DNA of 64,000 nucleotides from the human T2T-CHM13v2.0 reference genome, Homo sapiens. Below are positions 40,728 to 53,800 of this stretch, piece after piece; position 1 is the stretch's first letter; each line of letters opens with the position of its first letter. Both the position numbers and the translations under genes were made by a program. The notes beneath the pieces are model-generated. The model made no database searches. It was not told the origin of the DNA and saw nothing but the letters and a program-made list of their open reading frames with translations. Location of the stretch: NCBI RefSeq assembly GCF_009914755.1, contig NC_060932.1. The stretch is one strand, 5' to 3'.

Positions 40728-40899
40728 CTCAACATTCCGGTTAGGAGAGCTGGGGAAAAGATAGAGCTTGAAGAACCCTGGTATCTATGAAGCTGGTAGA
40801 TTTCTCTGAAGTACTCAACATTCCGGTTAGGAGAGCTGGGGAAAAGTTAGAGCTTGAAGAACCCTGGTATCTATGAAGCTGGTAGATTTCTCTGAAGTA
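40728..40899. repeat. 86-bp tandem duplication (2 copies, 1 mismatch)
   Basis: 40728-40813 versus 40814-40899; the only difference seen is AAGATAGAG versus AAGTTAGAG. Confidence 0.95.
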
Positions 40900-41689
40900 C
40901 CCTCAATAAATGCATTCTTCAAAAAATAAGACAAAAGTTATGCAGAAAGATAAAATACGATTTAGGTCTAATGGAGCATAGGAGCTAGGATCTTTCCAAC
41001 TGCCCTGCAGTTCATCACTGCGGTTTTTGAATTGTCATTTGGAACTAGAAATCTACCTGTTTGCCAAGTTTTAGCAACTTCTTGGATAGCCAGCCTTCTG
41101 GGATGGTACCAGAGTCTAGTGTGTTTGCTGTTATTTTCCAAAGGGAAAAGGGACTGGGATCCCCATTTTACTCCTTGTTGATCATATGATGAGTTAATAA
41201 CTGTTTCCATTTCGTAAAAACTGAAAAGAAGCAATGTCTTAAAGAAATGAAAAATGTCCTTTTCTTTTACCCATGGTGGAGCCAACTACTTCTACAGACT
41301 GTTTAAGAGGTTTGGCAGAATTAGATGAATTTCCATCCTTTTGAGAGGCTCCTGGAGCCCACACAGACTAAGGAATTGGGCAAGATCCATGAAAGACAAA
41401 ATAATCTCTTTGAGTAAGAAAGTGGTTTGTCTGGGAGGATCATTTATAATGTGCTTAAGTCAGGCTGAGGCTTAACTCCATTTATTTCTTCTATGTTGGA
41501 TGTGGAGAACTGCAGGGACAAATCCATTGCTCGGAACTGGAAGAAATCCGATGTTTGCCTTTGTACCATTGACAGTTTTTCATACTAGTTAATTTTTGGC
41601 ATTAGGAATAGTCTACCCTGCCTGTTCAAAAGTCATCTGGTGTCAACAGTTCTGCAGGGATATGATTTATCGTGGATTTGCACGGGAGC

Positions 41690-41770
41690 TGATTCCACAG
41701 CCTTCTTTGCTAAATCATTTTGACATTTAACAACCTTCCCTGCCAGGAAGTTCTTTCTTATATCGGAGGG
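41690..41770 (-). mobile_element. L3/CR1 fragment
   Basis: TTTAACAACCTTCCCTGCCAGGAAGTTCTTTCTTATATC resembles the reverse CR1/L3 3' region. Confidence 0.5.
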
Positions 41771-43789
41771 GTCGGCAGCCTCTGGCAGGCATTCTCCATC
41801 TTTTGATTAAGAAGAGAGTATTTTCATTTCCCAAAGCTTTAAGATAACTAGTGATGGCAAAAGAGGGTTGCAAAACATGCTAGACACGAAGGGGTATTCT
41901 CTTTTCCCTGGTGGAAATCAGAAAAAACCTCTGGAGAAGTGTGTCAATATCAATCCATTTGCAAGGTAAGAGTGTACCCACAGAATTGCCCATGTGGGCA
42001 AGGGACTGGCACTCACTCACTGTGGCTCGTGAGGGGGTGAGTATTGGATTAGAATGAAAAACCAGAGAGAGGATGATAAAGGGAAAAACATGACCCAAAC
42101 TAGCGTCTAAACATTCACTTCTGGTGACTGCTTTCATTCTTTTTTCTCTACTCTTGCTTTTGGTGTCAATATCCCAGCGTGTCTGCTTTTAGTATAAGGT
42201 GTCCGGCCATGAGTCCTTTCTGACAGTCATTAGGATCTTATGGTTTTCAGGATGTCTCCATGAAGCATTCACCCTGATTTCCAAATCACCTTGTTTTCTG
42301 CTTTTCTTGTCTGCCTACTTAACTATAGCAAAGCAAGTGAGACTGGAAATCCACCCATATTCCACTCGGAATGCTCAGGGCCTTCACTCATGGGCCACAG
42401 TCAATGCCCTTCCTGCATATTCACATCACTTTCTCTCACAGTTTTTCAGCTGTGACAACTGGTAGGATTTAAATAGCTTCCAAATTAGTTATTTAAAAAT
42501 CACTCATTTCTGAACTGTGGTGACATAAATGTAGTAGCTAGGAAGCCATCAACAGACCTTTCACTACACTCAGCTCATAGAGGCTGGAATGATGCATATT
42601 CCCATGGTTACCCATGGAAGATACAATCAGGTAATGCCTGCTCCCTCATCATAAGCCAATGAAACTTTCGACTGTTTTATCTCTGTCTTCATTTAATAAG
42701 CCCAGAAAAGACTATCATGACCCAAATAGCGTGTTCTGGTTTCGGCCAGTCACTGAATTGTTGATTCACTTTGCTCTCTTCATTCCCAAGAATCGTTTTC
42801 AGGTTTAGTTTTTTCATTGTTAGTATTCTCCAGAGATACAGAATAAATACAAGGTTTGATCTATGTCCTCAAATGACTTTTATTTGAGAAAAACAGACAC
42901 TACACCAGCAATAGAACTGGAATGCAATATGTGAGAATAAATAAGTAATACCATGTGGGAAGTAAAGCGTTTGCTCTGAGAGGTAAGCCCCGTGAGACAC
43001 GTCCAGTTGTTGCATACTTTGTGGAAAAGCTTTAATTAGGGGTCGTAAATTAGAATTGGTTAAAAAAAAAAAAAAAAAAGACAGGGCCTGAGATACCCCA
43101 CCTATGAAGTCCACTGAATGAAACCAGTTGAGTAGGAAGAAGCCTCGATCTGGCTTTGCCCAGGATAGTGCAAATGAACCTTGATCAAAATTCCATAATA
43201 TCGCAGAGCTGAGATGCTTCACTCAGCTTGTGCTCTTCACCTTTTCATGGCTTCGCTGTGGCCCAAGCTTGCTGTTGGCAACAGGCAAATGTACTTATAA
43301 AGATTTCTTCAGAGATTTCATTTGATTCTGAGCTAATTTTCACAAAGGCCAGCAGGAACCAGGTGGTTGGTAATTGAAGGGCAAAATAAGTCTGGAAAAC
43401 CTTCATAAATTAAAGCAGTGACTGCCCTTTTGATAGCATGCTTCAAAGAACATAGTTAAGTACCCTGGGTTGCAGAAACTTGGATGCTGATTCTGTAAGC
43501 TCATATGGAAACCTCTATTGTTTCATTTGTGAGTTGCTGTTTTTGAATCAGTCACATAAACTTTTGAAAAGTTATCTAGTTTCTTATAGTACTCTGAATT
43601 TAAATATTTGCCATCACAAATACATACATTTATTGAACTCATATTCTAGTAAAATATTTAACTTGTTGCCTGTAAATATTTAAAAAATCAAAGACATTGC
43701 TTCAAGACACAATAGGGTCTCTAGGATTAATTTGTGACAATCTAATTTTCTTTATATTCTTCAATCGAGTGGGAAAATATACGTGGATT

Positions 43790-44535
43790 CCTAGAGACAT
43801 TTTAAACGTGCATCATAATCTTTATTCTTGTTTACATGTATTATATTTACCTTCTGACTTTAGTTTCATAGTCACAGAGGCTTCAGAATTCTAGATTAGA
43901 CAAAATTCCTATATTTTTTCCTTAATGATAAAGTTTCCTTTCTTATATGTACACATTTTATCCCTTTGGAATTTAGGATGTATGGTTTGAAGTCCTCAAA
44001 CATCTCCTGAGTACATTTTTATTTCTTCAATGAATTGAAACGCAAACTTTCAGATAGTGAGTTCTTAAACATGTTTATATCTCTTTATGAACTTTCTTTT
44101 TGTTCATTGATTCACATATTCCTATAGAAGCACAAAGCTGCCATAAGTTTACTAGATTTCTGGTAAGATTTTATAATTTTACGTGAGTGTAATATAGGTT
44201 CTAAGTGACTGCCTTTTATGTTGAAAATTATCTCAGCTAATTTTAAAGTTTCATTCCCTGAAAATTCTAAAATAACTTGTTAATCAAATTGCTAGTTATT
44301 GAGGAAAACTGGATACCACTCCAATTATCCAGATTATGTATTGTCTCAATTAAATTTTATAAATTTTTGACATAGATCTGTATCTTTTAGACTTTTAGTT
44401 ATGTGTATTTGTTTTCTGTTAGAATATCATCTTCATTTTGTCTTTTGAAGCTATTTAGTGTCATTGCATTGTAAAACTATTGATTTTATTATTGAATTGG
44501 ATCTGGCAAATTTGTTATAAACCTTTTAATCTAAT
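43790..44535 (-). mobile_element. Very old L1M ORF2-region fragment
   Basis: TGAATTGAAACGCAAACTTTC...GAACTTTCTTTTTGTTCATTGAT...ATTCCT reverse L1 pattern; highly degenerate. Confidence 0.5.
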
Positions 44536-44559
44536 GATGAGGAATATGTATTTTTATAC

Positions 44560-44770
44560 AGATGGCCCATATTTAAATTCGGTCTGTCACTTACTACTAC
44601 GGTAATTTGAGACATTTTAAACCCATCTACCATTTTCTTCCCTGTCAATTGAGGTGTGAGTCTTTCCCCAATTGGGCTATTATGAGGATTAACTGATTTA
44701 ACACCTATTAAAATGCATTACACGAACATTTTCTTTATAGTAAAGCAGCAACAGTTGTAATTGTGGTCAT
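44560..44770 (+). mobile_element. MIR
   Basis: TTAAATTCGGTCTGTCACTTACTA...CTATTATGAGGATTAACTGA. Confidence 0.65.
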
Positions 44771-44832
44771 AAAGAAACTGGAATTAGTCACAATTTTAAA
44801 ACATAAGAAATATACTTCTTAGGCTTCACGGA

Positions 44833-44998
44833 TGCATTAACTCCTAGGGATGTTGCAACAAAGTACTGCAAACTGAGTGGCAAACAGAAATTTATTGTCC
44901 TCATTCTGGAGGGTAGAAGCCTGAGATCAAGGTGTCAGCAGGGCCACACTCCCTCTGAGATCTGCATTGGAAGCTGTCTTTTGCCCCTTCCTGGCTGG
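44833..44998 (-). mobile_element. MLT1 (B/C-like) LTR fragment
   Basis: CCTAGGG...AACAAAGTAC...ACAGAAATTTATT...TTCTGGAGG...GAGATCAAGGTGTCAGCAGGGCCACACTCCCTCTGA. Confidence 0.85.
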
Positions 44999-45875
44999 AT
45001 ATAGCATGTTTAAACTTTTAATAGGTTTTAGTAACTCAAAACAGCCAAAAAATTAATTGGTAGTAGCAACTTAGAATTCTCTACATGTATTACTAAACAA
45101 TATATCTGTTCTTTTTCATACTATTATTAATGGCATATAAGGATGCATACTTCAATAAGATAGCATCAGTAACCCACAGTTAATTCATTGATTGAAAGTG
45201 AATTTAAGAAATCTCTTAACAATGATAAATATACAACTGTTTAATAAAAATCAACCTTACAATTCTTGGATAAGATATTTTTGGCTATCAATTTGCATGT
45301 CAAAAAACGGTAGAAGCTTTTGACATCGTGGCCAAAATTCATTACAACCTTAAATTAAATTGATGAAATACCCAGAATATTATCTAATTCTTAGTGCCTC
45401 ATTTAATGAGGACACATGGAGAAGAGCTGAAGCTCAAAGAAAATTGACCAAGAAAGTAAATTCAGTAAGTAGGCTAAAAGAAACAGTACATTTTTAGTAC
45501 AGTACTTTGAATTCTGAGGTCCATGTATTTCTTTTGGGTGCCATTCCTGGTATCTAGACCCAGAGAAGGCAGCCATCAGGGTTGTGGGAGTGCTAATGCA
45601 CTGAATCTGAAGTCCGACTGTTTTCAGGGACAACGAGGTTAGCCCTTGAAAGCACAATTGTCCTTATAATCCATATACCTCCTTCAATTCATTGTATCTT
45701 TCCTGATGATTTTCTCTCAACCTAACACTGGTTAGAATAGTTGAACCGATTGCCATGGCTTCAAATTAGGTGATGCATGTTAATTCCTAAAGACTTTTTT
45801 ACAATCTTTATTTTTTAATTAGTAAACAATTAGCAAAATGATTATACCCACCTAACTCTGATGGCTGACATTGTT

Positions 45876-45899
45876 TCAGCTCCCCAACAGATGGTGCTG
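45876..45899 (+). promoter_or_regulatory. CTCF-like motif
   Basis: CCAACAGATGGTGCT versus CCASCAGATGGCGCT, preceded by TTCAGCTCC resembling the upstream module; motif match only. Confidence 0.4.
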
Positions 45900-46759
45900 T
45901 TGAAACTAAGTGTACAATTTGCTATACCTCTGTCATTGTTTCTGAAAAAGGTTTCTAGAGTAGAGTTTTCCATAACTTCTAAAGATTTCTTGTTTAAAAA
46001 TGGGTATTGATAGTTTTTGCTCTTTAATTAAAAACAGTTTCTCTCCAACCCCTAATTTTAATGAAAGTGCAAAATTCTTAATTCAGAATGGAGTGTAGTT
46101 TTAGTGATCTTGACGCACTGGCCAGCTTTCAAACTAATTAAAATCCTCATGAATATTAAATATTGAAAATTCAATGGTTTCCAAAAATTCAACATTGTAC
46201 ACTAAACTCTGATAAAGTTAATATTGTTGTAACCTCAGACATCTATTTGGATTATACATTAGTAGACAGATCGGGTAGTTTTTGCAAGCTCAGAATTAAG
46301 GAACTGTAATTTAGTCAGGGAAATTTGAAATCTGATTAAAAGTGTGTTTTCTATTTTCCTCTCCATATATATAGTTTATGGCTTACTCATTTTTCAGTTT
46401 ACCTTTTTTCCGCCAAATTCCTCACTACAATGTCACCTGGGTTCTCATCCAACTGTATCTTAATACATCTTCTATTCTTTCATTCATTATCTTTTCAGTA
46501 TGCATTTGTTGTGCCCTTATCTTATTGCAAAGTTGTGCCAGATCTTGAATATATCCAAGAGAGTAAGACAAAGGACAAAATAGAGCCTCAGTCTTCAAAG
46601 ATTTTACAATCCAGTGGAGGTGATAAACACACTAAAAACACAGAGCAAAATTTCACAAATATTGTATACTCTCAAATTCCTAACACTGTAACTAGAAGAT
46701 ATTAATACATTACTCATCCAATAAATAAATGTTGAGTGAATGGATAATCCTACTTATTT

Positions 46760-47126
46760 CCCTATGGTCCGACTGTGTGTGCCCACCCAAATCTCATGTT
46801 AAATTGTAATATGAATTGTAATCCCCATGTGTTGGGGGAGGGACCTCATGGGAGGGGATTATATCATGGTGGGGGTCCCCCCATGCTGTTCTCATGATAC
46901 TGGATGAGTTCTCATGGGATCTGATGGTTTTATAAAGGGCTTTCCCCCTTTGCTGGGCACTCATTCTCTCTCCTGCTGCCCTGTGAAGAGGTGCCTTCTA
47001 CCATGTTTGTAAGTTCCCTGAGGCTTCTCCAGCCATGCAGAACTATGAGTCAATTAAACCTTTTTTCGTTATGAATTACTTAGTCTCGGGCAGTTCTTTA
47101 TAGCAGCATGAGAATGGACTAACACA
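46760..47126 (+). mobile_element. THE1/MSTA-type MaLR solo LTR
   Basis: CCCACCCAAATCTCATG...GGGAGGGACCT...GATCTGATGGTTTTATAA...GAGTCAATTAAACC...GAGAATGGACTAACACA. Confidence 0.9.
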
Positions 47127-48301
47127 CCCTAGAAAATTTTGCTGTTTAAATGTATAAAATGTGTCAAATGAAAAACACATCGTAGGCATTTTGATAATAG
47201 AGATGAAAGTATTATAGGCTGTTATGAGAAAGTTGAGCTAAAATATTGTAAAAATGGCTACAGAATGTCACTGTTACTATGTGAACCTGTATAGGACTTT
47301 TATCAGGCTTAAAACGATTTCCTAACAGCAATTTATTCAGATGAGAGTTTGGATTTTCTGTTTCTTCTTTGGTATGCATGAATGTGCTCATTTATTGTTT
47401 TGTTCAGAGACCACACTGTGTTCCAAGTGTTCTTTGTATTAATAAACACTAAACTGATGATTCTATTATTTTTGTAACTTGATTAGACAACCCTTAATAT
47501 TAACTATTCTTGACTCACATTAATACATAGAATTTGCAAATTAGTCAACTATGATTTGCAAATTGAAGTTAATTAGAAAGTCCTAATTCAGCACCTCCTA
47601 AAAAGGCCAAAACACTTTGCATAGAAATAGCCAATTTAGAAGTCACAATTTTCCAATTGCCTTTTGGCAAACAATTATTTGTTTGAGATGTCCTCAGGAT
47701 TGGGGTGAAGAGGCAAATATTCACAACATTAGTGAGGACTTAGAAACTGAGTGTAAGTCCTTTTCCTAAGCGTTTGGGACTGAGCTACCATTCTATTAAG
47801 AAGCTCATATTTGTCCAGTGGAAAAATTTAATAATTTTAGAAACTACAATAGCTCATCACTGAAAGGAAAGATGATTTAGAAAAGAGTTTAAGAAATAAT
47901 AAGACCATAATAATCTGTTGAGATCTCACTGTTATTGGTAGTCTTTATTCTTCCTTTTCATGGAATTTGAGTACTAAAAAAAAGCAAAAGTAATTTATGG
48001 CAATAATAATGCTTATAAGTGACTCAAATTTATTTAAAATATAGGCTACATGATTATAAAAGATGACTAAAATAACTAAGTGAAATTAATTAGAAATGAG
48101 AAAATACTATAATACAATTTACCACATTAATTTTTTTAAAATGATACCACTTTCTTGGTACGTGCTAAAAAGAATGATACAATTTGCCCATTGATTCTCA
48201 GAAATTAAGAGAGTTCCCCTGAAATTAAAAATAAATTTCTCAGAAATTAACTCTGAGAAATTCTCAAAAATTAAAAATAAAAGCCTGTTTAATATTTTGT
48301 A

Positions 48302-48604
48302 GGCTGGGTGTGGTGGCTCACACCTGTAATTCCAGCACTTGGGAGGCCAGGGTGGGTGGATGATGAGGTCAGGAGTTTGAGACCAGCCTGGGCAACATGG
48401 TAAAACCCCATCTCTATTAAAGATAGAAAAAATTAGCCAAGTGTGGTATCAGGCGCCTGTAATCCCAGCTACTCGGGAGGTTGAGGCAGGATAATTAATC
48501 GCTTGAACCTGGGAGGTGGAGGTTGCAGTGAGCCAAGATCGTGCCATTGCACTCTAGCCAGGGCAAGAGGGTGAGACTCCATGTCAAAAGAAAAAAAAAA
48601 AAAA
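48302..48604 (+). mobile_element. AluS (Sg-like)
   Basis: Full dimer with A tail; similar flanks ATTTTGTA / ATTATGTA. Confidence 0.95.
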
Positions 48605-48639
48605 TTATGTAGACCACCGGACTATCCAACAGCAAAGAG

Positions 48640-49995
48640 CATATGTGATGTAGAAGTTTTATACTCAGTATTGTCATGAAATTTTCAATAACAAGTCACA
48701 GATATGTCTAAGAGTAAAGACAAGAAGAGAATATTCAATGTAGAACAGTAAGTTCTAGGCAGAGCAATAAGGCACACAAATGTTTTTAAAAGCAAAAAGA
48801 ATATAGGTATATATTTCATAATTTGCACAGCATATAATTATCTGGTTTGGAAATTTCATATAATTAGCAGAATATTAAGAGATAAGCTATTACAAACCTA
48901 AGAATAATTTGGCAAAATTTAAAGATATGTGATTAATTTACAAAACGACCTATCACTAACATCCTAAACAATGCATTAGAAAGTAAATAACCAAAAGCCA
49001 CAAAAATAGCTAGAAGTTGACTTCACGGAGCATCCACTAGAAATTTATGGGGAAAATTAAAATTCTGTTAAAAAGATGATAAGGGCAGTTTTATTCACAA
49101 TAATTTTTCAATGAAATTGCCATGAAAATTTCTGCAGTGTGTTTTTCTCGGGGAGTTGAAAAATGACCTTCATATCCATATGATCCTACAATTTATATTT
49201 TTCTACAATCTGCTTCTTAAAATACGTAAGAATATTTGAAAAATAGGGTCAAGGGAGCTAAAATTCCTCTACCAAATATTGATACATAAAATGCTGTGAG
49301 AAAAACAAAGTGTATAGTAAATTACAGAAACAGACAAGTTAATGGAATGAAATGGAAGTTCTAAGAAAGAGACTGGATGTAGGAGGACTTGGTCTCTGAA
49401 ATGGATGGCAGCCCAAACCGTTGAAGAAATGACAAGTGCCATGGTAGGTGCTACTGGGAAACTAGCTCATTAAAGCACATTTTAATCTTGAATCCCTACA
49501 TCATATCTGCTCAGAATAAATCTCAACAAACTGGTGACTAAAACATTAAAACTGAAACTAAGAGGACAAAATTTAAAAAATATGTCTTTATAACCGTTTG
49601 GTAAAGGCAAATTTCTTAGCCTTAAAAAATCTTAAAACATAGGTGAATACATCATTGGAGTTAAATACAGCAAAATTAAGCATTTTTGTTCAACAATAGG
49701 CTTTGTGTACAAAGGTAAGATGGAGGTAATTGATTGCGAGAAGAGATTTGCAATAACGGATGTCAACAATAAATTAATATCTGGAATCTATAAGGAGCAC
49801 TGTTAATCAAAAGTTGCCAGAAAACTCCATAGAAAGTTGTGATGTCTAGGATGTCATTGGAGAGATATTCAACTGCAATAAAAAAGAGCTAAAAGAAAAA
49901 TGAGACACCCACAAGATTAAAAAAAAATGTGCCAGAAAATAACTAGTAGTGGTGTGGATTTTGAGGAAGAGAAGTTTCCTGTATTGCTAACTGTT
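48640..49995 (+). mobile_element. Old L1M ORF2 3' region
   Basis: A-rich L1 sense motifs ATTTGCACAG...AATTTGGCAAA...CTACCAAATATT...ACAGACAA...AATGGAATGAAATGG...AAGAGATTTGCAA; degenerate. Confidence 0.7.
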
Positions 49996-49997
49996 AT

Positions 49998-50355
49998 CGA
50001 ATTAAGATGAGAGGATTAGAATGAGCAGTGGTCCAATATGACTGGTGTCTATAAAAAGCAGAAATCTGGAAATATATAACGCATAGAGGGAAGATGATGT
50101 GAAGACACAGGGAGAAGCTGGGCATGTGACCGGACGGACGCATCTACAAGCCAAGAAATGCCAAGGGTTGCTGGCTAACACCAGAGGCTATCGTGAGCCA
50201 CAGGAAGATTCCCTCCCAAAGTCAGAGGGACCCTGGCCTGGCCAACACCTTCATCTTGTATGTCTAGCATTCAGGACTATGGGGCAACAAGCTTCTGTTA
50301 TTTAAACCACTCAGTTTTTCATATTTTGTTACGGCAGCCCGAGGAAAATGATATG
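49998..50355 (+). mobile_element. MLT1B/C LTR
   Basis: CCAATATGACTGGTGTC...GATGTGAAGACACAGGGAGAAG...CATCTACAAGCCAAG...CCAACACCTT...TTTGTTACGGCAGCCC. Confidence 0.9.
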
Positions 50356-50470
50356 TATTTTTATTTAAACACACATGAATATTTCAGAGAGTAGTCTACT
50401 GCGTGTCATTATGTATGTACCTTAACAATGCAGAAATTCCACCTATGAGGACCACACCAGAACATCTCTC

Positions 50471-50817
50471 TTTTTAAAAAGAAATTTAAGTTCTGGGGTA
50501 TGTGGGCAGGATGTACACGTTTGTAACATAGGTAAAAGCGTGCCATGGTGGTTGGCTGCACCTATCAACCCATCGCCTAGATATGAATCCCAGCATGCAG
50601 TAGCTATTTATCCTAATGTTCTCCCTTCTCCCACCCCCCAACAAGCCCCGGTGGGTGTTGTTCCCCTCCCTGTGTCCATGTGTTATCATTGTTCAGCTCC
50701 CACTTATAAGTGAGAACATGCAGTGTTTGGTTTTCTGTTCCTGTGGATAATGGCTTCCAGCTTCTTCCATGTCCCTGCAAAGGACATCTTATTCCTTTTA
50801 TGACTGCATAGTATTCC
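50471..50817 (-). mobile_element. L1PA (PA8-PA10-like) 3' end
   Basis: TTTAAGTTCTGGGGTA...GTGCCATGGTGG...CTCCCACTTATAAGTGAGAACATGCAGTGTTTGGTTTTCTG...TGCATAGTATTCCA. Confidence 0.9.
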
Positions 50818-53800
50818 AACAGAAATTTTGTGTAGTTTTGTTAAACAACCTAGACATAATTTCCTTCAGAATGAGGAAGTTGATAAGTAGGACAATGCAG
50901 TCAGTCACCATTTTAAATCAGTCAAGACAATGAGTGACGTTCTCCCCTAAAGCCTCAGATTATAGTCAATGAAGCCTGATTTAACTAGGCCACCTCCTAA
51001 CACAGGAAGTATTCGTTTCTCTGAATCAACATTTACAGATTATATAGCAATATTTCTGGAATGCACCCAAAATCTTATTCTGGAAGAGAAAAAAAATCTC
51101 AATCTAGCTGACATTCTGTCACAGGTTTTCCCAGGCTAAGGTCATCTCAAAAGGATCTCTAGAATCCTTACATATTAAATATGCAAACTCCTTTGCAGAT
51201 TTTAGTTTAATCTGCATTTACCATATAAGCAAACAGAGAGGTCTCTTGTTAATGCGAACCAGCTTGCTGGAGAAGAGAAAACTGTGCTGCTTTCTCTGTT
51301 AATAAAGCTTCTGATTTTGCTGTGGTATCATTTTTCACCTAAACTAGTAAGAATCTTAATCTGATGGATAGTAGCCTTGAAGGTTTGGTAAGTTTAAGTA
51401 TTTTTATTAAGCTTTTACCAAATATATCTAAGACTCTTACCCTATACATTAAGTAACCATCGAATCACTCAAACCAGAGCACTGTTGAGAGTAGAAGTAG
51501 ATGGTTAACTGAATCCAACACGAAAACAATAGAGAAAAAACTAGAACTTTGTCCCACTAGGGCACATTTGCCTTCCAGTTTTAACTTAACATTGGCTATA
51601 CGGATAACATCATCAATTCATAATGCTAAAGGCCAGGTAGGAGGACAAGAAAAAAAAGAGGGGTTTTAATCTTCAAAAAGGTTTTTCATCATCTATTTTC
51701 TGTAAGTAATTAAACTTTTAGCTCGTGATAGAAATCAGACATTAAGAAGGATTTAGAGGCTTACAGTAAGCATTCTGAAGACATCTCTTTCATAGCTGTG
51801 TCAGTGTGAGCACAGCCTGCACGGAATAAATGTTTTGATTATGGAAGGAAAAGTTGAACGTGCTGTGTTGCTGCTGGGCAGAACTGAGTCCTATCCTTGT
51901 TCACCAATATATTTCAAAAATTTTCTACTAAATCCGAACCCTTCCACTAGGTATCCACTTACACACTGAATATCAAATTAATGCAGTTTTAAAGGTTTTT
52001 TTATGACAAAGATTTTAATTAATGTTCAAAATTACTCTGAAATGTGCCTAACTCTAAACTTTTCAAGGGCCTTGTGGCTAACAACAATTTTTTTTAATGT
52101 TTCCACTGCCCTTACCAGTCTCTACATTTTGTGAACCATGATTCCATCCACAAAAGGAAGGAGGAGAAACTCATCTCCCACATCCAAATTCATCCTCCTG
52201 ATTAGTTTGTAAATACATGATGGTTGCTATTTGACGCAAAATGGTACCAGAAGTTCTGTAAATTTGATTTTATTCATTGGATTTTGTACTTTATTACTAT
52301 GGAGAGTTGGGAAAATGTTGATAACGGATTATCATTATTAACCAATTAGTTTTGAGCATCAGTGGTAGGTATGAGGTGGTCACATACTTGAGATCAGAGA
52401 GACCTTTGTGCTGATTGAACCTCTGTGGAGGTTTTGTTGGTATCTGTGCTGCGTGCATGCATAGGTTTTCTTGGTTAGTAAATTGTCTTTAAGTTACCAT
52501 GCCTTCCTTCTCTCCTGGAATTGAGAGCTATGAGGTCTTGTGTTTAGCAAAACTGTGGGGCCCTGCAGAAAATTAGAATAGATATCCTCAGCAGTTTGAG
52601 TGGGTAACTCACTCTCACACACGCAACATAGAGGTGATTGGATACTCTGCTCTGAGTCTTCAGTATGAAAAATGAGTCCTCCTCTAAATGTTTGGAGAGA
52701 AAGCGGTGAGTTTCTTTTTCTGTGTCTGTGTGAGTCAGATATTTGTGTGCCTGCATCATTTCTGGCAGTTCTTGTGACAGTTGTATGCTATCATTTTGGC
52801 ATAAATTATTCTAAAATCTTTTGGCCACTCATACTTTGAAACAGCCAGTGTACCTACCGCTAGGACCCAGATGCCCTAAGCAGGTGCAGGATATGGGGAG
52901 ATGGCTCAATAAGCCTGTAAAGGAAGTAGACTGGGCAGACAGCAAAATCTCTTTCATTTAGAAGCCATTTAGTGCAGTAGCATTAACCAGTGCCAGATAC
53001 AGTCTCCATACTTGGCTTTAAGTGTCTTCATATTATAATGCAAGAGAGCAATATCCACAATGAGAACAAAGTGTCCATTTTTTAATAAATTGGATGACAG
53101 ATAAGGGGCTAGTACTATTAGATTTAAAGAGATTTCCATCCGAGTGGCAAATAATTTGACCTTTAAATTGTGAATCTTCAATTATGTAAGAGACGTATTC
53201 ACCCACAAAATCTAGCCTCAATCCATCTTCTCTGGAGGAATCTTATGTAATTCAAATATTAGGTATCAAAATATAATTTTAATATGTCAAAGAAGATCTT
53301 TAAAGTAATTCTAGTGGGTCCTTTGAATGATGTAAAAATAGTCTTCTTTAAATTTTTTATATAAGATTTTAATCATTTAAAATATAATTTTATATGAATA
53401 AATATAAACAAGATACAGTTAAGCAAAACTATGGAAATAAAATCAATATTAATTTTCACAACTAATAATGATAACTTAATACCTATGAGGTATATCATTT
53501 CAGACTTACATAAGAATGCACCCATATTCATATTTTTAAGGAAATTTCTGTACTGAAGGGACTTTACAGGAATTACTGTACTTAACTTTTTTGGTAACCA
53601 GACTTTCTTACTCATCATTTGCATCATTATATTGTTAACTTGTGTAGAGGATTTTTTAAAAAATTGTTCTATCCTTAAACTTTAAGAAAAAGGATTGTTA
53701 TACAAGTTACACACATCTTTGCACGTAAGTGTCAGTTACATTTGAAGTTTTAATGGAGCTTCAGGAAGTTTTAGGACATTGATACTTGAAAGCAATTCTT

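Noticed and set aside
39590-40899. CRISPR-like repeat-spacer array
   Set aside because: Repeats are adjacent or irregular without unique equal-length spacers, there are no cas genes, and the DNA is primate.
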